A stretch of 64,000 nucleotides of DNA from an uncultured delta proteobacterium (GTDB lineage Bacteria > Myxococcota_A > Polyangia > Polyangiales > Polyangiaceae), in the NCBI GenBank assembly GCA_963782055.1, contig CAWAIF010000003.1, forward strand, positions 5,440,001 to 5,504,000. Reading direction: 5' to 3'. The notes below the pieces were generated by a model. It ran no database searches and was not told where the DNA came from. It saw only the letters and a list, made by a program, of their open reading frames with translations. The translations under genes and the position numbers were made by a program. Below are positions 58,100 to 64,000 of this stretch, one piece after another (within the stretch, counting starts at the first letter, position 1; each line of letters begins with the position of its first letter).

Positions 58100-58621
58100 T
58101 CACTCGCACGCGCCGGTGTAGGCCACCGACGTCCCGCCCGCGTGGGCGTAGCACGAGTTGGAGTACGTCTTCTTGTCGCAGCCGCACACCGGCATGATGA
58201 CCTGCGGACAGATCTGCGGCCGCGCCTTGCAGATGCCCTTGCCGCCGCAGTTGCCGTTGCCCTCCTCGCAGTAGTCGTTCTTCTGGGGGCAGTTGGCGTT
58301 GCTGGTGCAGCCGACGCCGCCGGAGTCGATCAAGCCGGAGTCGATCACACCGGAGTCGGCCTCACCGGAGTCGCTCGCCCCCGAATCGGTGACGCCCGAG
58401 TCGGCAGCGGCGTCGGGCGACGCGTCGCCCGTCGAGCCGTCGCCGGAGGACGCTTCTGGCGAGGCATCCCCACCCCCGTCGCCGCCGGCCGCGTCCGCCG
58501 GGGCATCGACCGTGGCGTCCGCGCCGCCGTCGTCACCGGTACCGGCGTCGTCGCCGCCGCAAGCCGCGATGGCCGCGGCGAGCACCACCGAGCCCGCGAG
58601 GATCAAGGAAAGGGAGCGCAT
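58100..58621 (-). CDS. Lipoprotein with C-terminal Kazal-type inhibitor domain
   Basis: Lipobox IAAC, DA/DSG linker, CPQVIMPVCGCDKKTYSNSC...GAC. Confidence 0.88.
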   Translation of the reverse strand: MRSLSLILAGSVVLAAAIAACGGDDAGTGDDGGADATVDAPADAAGGDGGGDASPEASSGDGSTGDASPDAAADSGVTDSGASDSGEADSGVIDSGLIDSGGVGCTSNANCPQKNDYCEEGNGNCGGKGICKARPQICPQVIMPVCGCDKKTYSNSCYAHAGGTSVAYTGACE

Positions 58622-58714
58622 GCCCCGCATGGTACCGCCATCTCGGTCCACGCGCCCTTCATGACCTCTCCTGGGCCTTCGGGCTGTCTTGTCGGGCCAC
58701 CCCTTCCAGCACTC

Positions 58715-59128
58715 TCAGGAGAAGTGAACGCTGCACGTCGTACCGTCGCAGTGGACGAGCCTCGCGCGCTTCGCCGCCGTGTAGCGTCGTCGCGCCACGA
58801 ACCGATACGCCCGCTCGAGGACGCGGCGGAGCAGCGGCAGGTAGTACACGTACGCCAGCGGGCGCAGCAGCGGGCGCGTCATCATCACGCGCGCGACCGC
58901 CTCCGCGCCGGAGTAGACCCGGCCGTCCGGGGCGACGAGCCGCATCGCGTCCATGCACTGCGCCTGCGTGAGGCCGGGGAAGTCGTCGAGCGCGTGCGGC
59001 TGCTGGAAGTCACGCACCTCGATCCTCGCGCCCCGCGTCGCCCACCGCAGCAGGCGGTCGGCCTGCTTGCGGCAGAAGGGGCAGTGGCCGTCATAGAGCA
59101 CGACGCTCGTGTTCGAGGGGGCGCTCAC
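58715..59128 (-). CDS. DCC1-like thiol-disulfide oxidoreductase (DUF393)
   Basis: VLYDGHCPFC, GRVYSGAEAV, YRFVARRRY, terminal CDGTTC; GTGA-coupled start. Confidence 0.88.
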   Translation of the reverse strand: MSAPSNTSVVLYDGHCPFCRKQADRLLRWATRGARIEVRDFQQPHALDDFPGLTQAQCMDAMRLVAPDGRVYSGAEAVARVMMTRPLLRPLAYVYYLPLLRRVLERAYRFVARRRYTAAKRARLVHCDGTTCSVHFS

Positions 59129-59943
59129 GGCGAGCTCACCAGGTTGTCGGTGAAGCGGTTCCACTGGTGCTGCTGCATGCCATCGACCTCCACGCGGGTG
59201 CCGGGGACCTGCCGCCGGATGCCCCATGCGCCCTCGCACACGGCGCGGTTGCGGACGGCGCGCTCCAGGCCGCCGGCGCCGGGCCCGACGTTGGCCGACT
59301 CGTCCCGGCCCTCCACGCGCGCCGTGACCGTCTTTCCGTCGCGCTCGAGGAGGAACGCGTTGGTGGTCTCGCGCGAGAAGAAGTGCGCGGTCACGTCTGG
59401 CGTGAGCGGGTGCTTGGTCGGGTCGTAGCTGGGGCGGACCCTGACGCCCGCGCGATCGGAGGTGAGGGCCACGTCCTCGATACGCACCCAGTCCGGCTTC
59501 GACTGCCCGGGGAGCACGATGCGGACGAAGTCGCCCACGCCCGCCGGACGGCCGGCGGCGGGGGCGCCGGTCCTGTCGTAGAGCTCGAACGTCGCGTTCT
59601 CCTTGCCGGAGAGCGCGGTCCACTGGTTGACGTCGAGGAGCTTCTTCGCCTGCGCGGCGAAGGCGGTGCGCGCCTCCGGCTCGCTGGCGTACTCCCGCGA
59701 GCTCGAGGCGCTCGACGACATCTTCCCGCGCCCGACGGTCTGCACCTCGTGGCTCACCACGCGCTCGGCGCGGGCCTTCATGTTCCTGGCGACCGTGGCC
59801 AGGTCCGCCGCGGCATGCGCGGTGCCGAGCGCGTCGGGGTCGATCTCGCGCGGCCCCGGTGTGGGGCCGGGCCCCCCCGGCGCGTCGGTGGATGGCTGCA
59901 ACTCACGGCGACTGGCGCCCGTGGCGCCCGAGATGTTGGACAT
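59125..59943 (-). CDS. Conserved hypothetical protein
   Basis: ATG 59943 after RBS GGAGGAG; globular domain LLDVNQW...GDFVRIVLPG..DWVRIE...VRPS..P...TAHFF. Confidence 0.7.
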   Translation of the reverse strand: MSNISGATGASRRELQPSTDAPGGPGPTPGPREIDPDALGTAHAAADLATVARNMKARAERVVSHEVQTVGRGKMSSSASSSREYASEPEARTAFAAQAKKLLDVNQWTALSGKENATFELYDRTGAPAAGRPAGVGDFVRIVLPGQSKPDWVRIEDVALTSDRAGVRVRPSYDPTKHPLTPDVTAHFFSRETTNAFLLERDGKTVTARVEGRDESANVGPGAGGLERAVRNRAVCEGAWGIRRQVPGTRVEVDGMQQHQWNRFTDNLVSSP

Positions 59944-59996
59944 GGTCTCCTCCGGATCTCCGGCCTCTCGGCCCGGGGAAGGAGGGAGTTGCGCGC

Positions 59997-61067
59997 TCAG
60001 ACGGCGCCGCGCTCGATCGCCGCCGCCGCGGTGCGGGACAGGATCTGCACGCCGGCGATCATGGCGGCGAAGCGCTCGTCGTGGGTCAGGCCCTTCTTGT
60101 ATCTTGCATAGATCTGCTGCGCGACGACCGCCGTCTTGAAGAGCGCGAAGGCGTAGTAGAAGAGCATGCGCGAGACGTCGCGCCCGGTCTTCTCGGCGTA
60201 GCGCGCGACGATCTCCCGGCGACCCAGGCCGCCGGGCGCGGCCGTCGGGCCGAAGGCGAAGGCCTTGACCATCTCGTCGTCGCCCGCCTCCACCCAGTAG
60301 GAGAGCGCGGTGCCCAGGTCCATGAGCGGATCCCCGATGGTGGACATCTCCCAGTCGAGCACGCCCACGATGCGCGTCAGGTCCGCCTCGTCCAGCACCA
60401 GGTTGTCGTACTTCCAGTCGTTGTGGAGGATCGTCGGCGCCGCGGAGGCGGGCAGGTTCTTCTTCAGCCACTCCGCGACCGAGAGCACGTCGGGCACGTC
60501 GTCGGTCTGCGCGGCGACGTAGCGCTCGCTCCAGCCGGTCACCTGCCGCTCCACGTAACCCTCCGGCTTGCCCAGGTCGAGCAGGCCGTGCTCCTCCAGG
60601 TCGATGGCGTGCAGCTCGGCGAGGCCGTCCACCAGCGACTCGGAGAGACGCCGCGCCGTCGCCTCGTGCAGCGTCACGCCCTTCGGCGAGGGGCCGCGCA
60701 GGATGACGCCGCGCACGCGCTCCATCACGTAGAAGGGCGCGCCGAGCACGTCGTCTTCGTCGCACCGGGCGACCACGCGTGGCGCCTTGTCGTAGAAGGG
60801 CGCGAGGCGGGTGAGCATGCGCACCTCGCGGCTCATGTCGTGCGCGGTCTTCACCTTGTTCCCGAAGGGGGGCCGCCGGAGCACCAGCTCCCGCCCCTTG
60901 GCGCGCACCAGGTACGTCAGGTTGGAGTGCCCGCCGGGGAACTGCTCGATCGCGAGGTCGCCCGCGGCGAGCGGCGCCAGCGCAGGTACTTGACGGGTCA
61001 AGTATTGCGCGAGGGCGGCGGCGTCGAGCTCCTCGCCGGCGCGGACGGGGCGCGTGGCGTCGATCAT
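59997..61067 (-). CDS. APH-family phosphotransferase (ACAD10/11 kinase-domain / LvaA-like)
   Basis: [56 protein letters not shown]. Confidence 0.9.
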   Translation of the reverse strand: MIDATRPVRAGEELDAAALAQYLTRQVPALAPLAAGDLAIEQFPGGHSNLTYLVRAKGRELVLRRPPFGNKVKTAHDMSREVRMLTRLAPFYDKAPRVVARCDEDDVLGAPFYVMERVRGVILRGPSPKGVTLHEATARRLSESLVDGLAELHAIDLEEHGLLDLGKPEGYVERQVTGWSERYVAAQTDDVPDVLSVAEWLKKNLPASAAPTILHNDWKYDNLVLDEADLTRIVGVLDWEMSTIGDPLMDLGTALSYWVEAGDDEMVKAFAFGPTAAPGGLGRREIVARYAEKTGRDVSRMLFYYAFALFKTAVVAQQIYARYKKGLTHDERFAAMIAGVQILSRTAAAAIERGAV

Positions 61068-61083
61068 GGCCCCCAGCGTACCC

Positions 61084-61995
61084 TCACCCCGCGGGCGGCG
61101 AGTAGCGCTCCGCGACGGCCTTGCCCATCGCGTGGTAGCCCTTGTCCACGTAGACCACCGACGCGGTGATGCCGCTCCCGAGGGGGCTGCAGAGGAACGC
61201 CGCGGTGGCGCCCACGTCCTCGGCGGCGATGGGCTCGGGGAGCGGGGAGTTCTCCTTCGCGTACTCGACCATCGCGTCGATGATGCCGATCGCGCTGGCC
61301 GCGCGCGAGGCCCACGGCCCGGCGGAGATGGTGTTGACGCGCAGCCCCCACTTGCGGCCCGCCTCGAAGGCGAGCACGCGCGTGTCGCTCTCCAGCGCGG
61401 CCTTCGCGGTGGACATGCCGCCGCCGTAGCCGGGGATGACGCGCTCGCTCGCCATGTAGGTGAGGGAGACGAAGGACCCGCCCGGCCGCATGAGCGGGCC
61501 GAAGCGCGAGACCATCGAGACCATGGAGTAGGCGCTCACGCCGATGGCGGTGAGGTAGCCCTCGCGCGAGGTCTCCAGCAGCGGCTTCTTCACCTCCGGG
61601 CCGTTGGCGAGGGAGTGCACGACGATGTCCACCGGGTTCTCGCCGAAGTCCGCCACCACCTGCTTCGCCAGCCCCTCGACGGTGAAGTCCCCGCGTGTGG
61701 CGTAGCGCTTGCTCGTGCGCACCTCCTCCGGCACCTGCGCGAGGGTGTCGTACGCCGCGTCGAAGGGGTAGATCTTCTCGAACTGGAGGAGCTTGCCGTC
61801 CTTCATCTTGCGCGAGGCGTCCAGCTTCCCGCGCGCGAGGAGGGTCGTCAGGATGTTGTACGCCGGCGGCCAGGTCCCCAGACAGACCGTCGCCCCCGCC
61901 TCGGCGAGAGACTTGGCGATCGCGAACCCGAAGCCCCCATCGTCCGCGACGCCCGCGACGAGCGCGCGCTTGCCCGTGAGATCGATGCTCAGCAT
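61084..61995 (-). CDS. fabI: Enoyl-ACP reductase, plant-plastid/chlamydial type
   Basis: [82 protein letters not shown]. Confidence 0.93.
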   Translation of the reverse strand: MLSIDLTGKRALVAGVADDGGFGFAIAKSLAEAGATVCLGTWPPAYNILTTLLARGKLDASRKMKDGKLLQFEKIYPFDAAYDTLAQVPEEVRTSKRYATRGDFTVEGLAKQVVADFGENPVDIVVHSLANGPEVKKPLLETSREGYLTAIGVSAYSMVSMVSRFGPLMRPGGSFVSLTYMASERVIPGYGGGMSTAKAALESDTRVLAFEAGRKWGLRVNTISAGPWASRAASAIGIIDAMVEYAKENSPLPEPIAAEDVGATAAFLCSPLGSGITASVVYVDKGYHAMGKAVAERYSPPAG

Positions 61996-62047
61996 GGTGG
62001 GCCGGGGTTTTCGCCCAGGTCATGCCCCGACGCAAGGGCCACGCGGC

Positions 62048-63253
62048 CTAGCCCACCTCCAGCCCGTAGCCCCGGAGGATCCGCTTCGCCACGGAGGCCT
62101 TGTGCACCTCGTCGGCGCCATCGTAGATGCGCGAGGCGCGCTCGAAGCGCCAGAAGCTGGCCAGCGGGGTGTCGTCGGTCATGCCCAGCGCGCCGTGTGT
62201 CTGGATCGCGCGGTCTATCGTCTTCATCAGCACGTCCGACGCGAAGAACTTCACCATCGAGATCTCCTCCCGCGCCGCGTACGCGCCCTCCTTCTCCATC
62301 TTCCAGGCGGCGTGCAGGATCATCAGGCGCGCGGCGTGGATCTCCGCCCGGCACTCGGCGATCCACTGCTGCACCATCTGCCGCGTCCCGAGCGGCTTGC
62401 CCGGCGCGATCATCCGCTTCGCCGCGCGCGCGCACATCAGCTCGAAGCTGCGCTCGCAGATGCCCATCCAGCGCATGCAGTGGTGAATGCGCCCCGGGCC
62501 CAGGCGCTCCTGCGCGATGAGGAAGCCCGCCCCCTCCTCCCCCAGGCGGTTGGTGACCGGCACGCGCACGCCCTCGAAGCTCAGCTCCGCGTGGCTCGGC
62601 CAGTCCTCGCCGGCGTGCCCCATCACCGAGACGTTGCGCACCGTCCTCAGGCCGGGCGCGTCCATCGGCACCAGGATCTGGCTCGCGCGCAGGTGCGGCG
62701 CGGCGCCGGGGTTGGTGACCGCCATCACGATGGTGAAGGCCGCGCCGTCGGCGCCGGTGGTGAACCACTTGCGGCCGTCGATGACGTAGTCGTCGCCGTC
62801 GCGCCGGGCGGTCGTCTCCAGCCACGTGGGGTTGGAGCCCGCCGCCTCCGGCTCGGTCATGGCGAAGCAGCTGCGCACGTCGCCCTCCACGAGCGGACGC
62901 AGCCAGCGCGCCTTCTGCTCGTCGGAGCCGAACTGCATCAGGATCTCCATGTTCCCTGCGTCGGGCGCCTGGCAGTTGAAGGCGTAGTGGCCGAGCGGCG
63001 TGCGCCCCAGCTCCTCGCTGACGCGGGCGTGTTCCATGAGGGACAGGCCCATGCCGCCCCACTCCTTCGGGAGCTGCGGCGCCCAGAGGCCCATGCGCTT
63101 GACCTCGGCGCGCGCCTCCCGGAGCTCCGGCAGGATGGCGCGGAAGGACCCGCGCTCGCCGTACAGCCGCTCGATGGGATACAGCCGCTCCTCGACGAAG
63201 GCGCGGACGGTCTTCAGGGTGGGGGCGAGGGTTTCGGGGAGAGAGAAGTCCAT
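62048..63253 (-). CDS. Acyl-CoA dehydrogenase (ACAD10/11, LvaC-like)
   Basis: FNCQAPDAGNMEIL, SCFAMTEP, GRKWF, AQERLGPGRIHHCMR, RIYDGADEVH. Confidence 0.95.
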   Translation of the reverse strand: MDFSLPETLAPTLKTVRAFVEERLYPIERLYGERGSFRAILPELREARAEVKRMGLWAPQLPKEWGGMGLSLMEHARVSEELGRTPLGHYAFNCQAPDAGNMEILMQFGSDEQKARWLRPLVEGDVRSCFAMTEPEAAGSNPTWLETTARRDGDDYVIDGRKWFTTGADGAAFTIVMAVTNPGAAPHLRASQILVPMDAPGLRTVRNVSVMGHAGEDWPSHAELSFEGVRVPVTNRLGEEGAGFLIAQERLGPGRIHHCMRWMGICERSFELMCARAAKRMIAPGKPLGTRQMVQQWIAECRAEIHAARLMILHAAWKMEKEGAYAAREEISMVKFFASDVLMKTIDRAIQTHGALGMTDDTPLASFWRFERASRIYDGADEVHKASVAKRILRGYGLEVG

Positions 63254-63256
63254 GGG

Positions 63257-64000
63257 TCACCCGTTGAAATCGTGCGCCGCGATGACGACCAGGTCCTCGC
63301 CCTTCGCGAGGCGGACGTCGCCGGGGTTGATGCGTGTCTTGCCGTCCTTGCCGATGACGGCGACGAGCGTGACGTTGTGCGTCTTCTTCATCTCGAGGAA
63401 CAGGTCGAAGTACGACATCCCGACCCACTCCTTCTTCACCGCCAGGCGCGAGAACTTGTGGCCGTACTCGTAGGTGAGGAGTTCGTTGAAGACGCTGGAG
63501 ACGCCACGGTTGAGCGCGGCCTGAGCGAGCAAGAAGGCGCTGTGCTCGCCGCCCACCACGAAGTCGTCCACGCTCCCCAGCGCCAGGTGCGGCGCGTACT
63601 CGCGCCGGTTGAGCTCCGCGCAGGTGTAGACCCTGGGGTTGAGCTTCTCCACCGTGAGCGCGCCCAGGATGGTGCGGGCGTCGGCGTCGCGCTCGCTGCG
63701 TCCGCGGCTGGTGTCGGAGAGCAGGATGCACGTGGTGGCGCGGCGCACGCCGGCGCGCTCGAGCGCCGAGACCTTGGTGAAGTCGTCGTCGACGAAGATG
63801 ACGCGGGAGCGCAGCGCGGGGTCGATGCGCGGCGTGCCGCCGTCGAACCGCGCGAGCACGACGATGGGCGTCGGGTCCCCCTTCCGCGCGCTCTCGCACT
63901 CGCGCACGATGATCTCCGCCTTGCGGTTCCACCCGCACAGGATGATGTGCCCCTCCAGCTCCTCCAGGTCCACGCCGCCTCCTTCCGCCCCGCGCAGCCG
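63257..64000 (-). CDS. Potassium channel protein, RCK (TrkA-N/TrkA-C) part; 5' end outside the window
   Basis: GHIILCGWN, DFTKVSALERAGV, DARTILGALTVEKLNP, INP....L..GEDLVVIA. Confidence 0.85.
   Translation of the reverse strand, partial: RLRGAEGGGVDLEELEGHIILCGWNRKAEIIVRECESARKGDPTPIVVLARFDGGTPRIDPALRSRVIFVDDDFTKVSALERAGVRRATTCILLSDTSRGRSERDADARTILGALTVEKLNPRVYTCAELNRREYAPHLALGSVDDFVVGGEHSAFLLAQAALNRGVSSVFNELLTYEYGHKFSRLAVKKEWVGMSYFDLFLEMKKTHNVTLVAVIGKDGKTRINPGDVRLAKGEDLVVIAAHDFNG

Overview
A GC-rich, gene-dense chromosomal window. The gene content (MYXO-CTERM protein, Hanks-type kinase, many Cys-rich lipoproteins) suggests a myxobacterium, probably Polyangiaceae/Labilithrix-like; this is an inference. 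About 50 CDSs are supported. Housekeeping and metabolic genes: psd, two FabH paralogs, fused otsAB, ddl, dCMP deaminase, uvrC, cyclophilin, maiA, aldehyde dehydrogenase, plant/chlamydial-type fabI, and an ACAD10/11-like kinase plus dehydrogenase. There are also transporters, regulators and many secreted lipoproteins, plus one canonical tRNA-Arg(CCT). No CRISPR array, integrase, transposase or rRNA was seen. The main discovery is non-coding. A small HNH endonuclease gene (39140-39643, minus) lies between two non-canonical tRNA-like genes, Arg(CCG) upstream and long-variable-arm Ser(CGA) downstream, with structured spacers. A third non-canonical tRNA-like gene, Cys(GCA) with U73 and encoded CCA, lies about 8 kb away at 47938-48009 (plus). 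Both loci share the upstream motif GCGTCAGGACG-N-CGT-N-GCC-N5-CGTC, which resembles an ECF-sigma promoter. All three RNAs keep aminoacylation identity elements but have remodelled D-arms, and two also have altered T-loops. This suggests a co-regulated atypical-tRNA/HNH module. Two single-base frameshifts (emrA-like gene and a hypothetical gene) look like assembly errors. Product calls come from motif recognition only; no searches were run.
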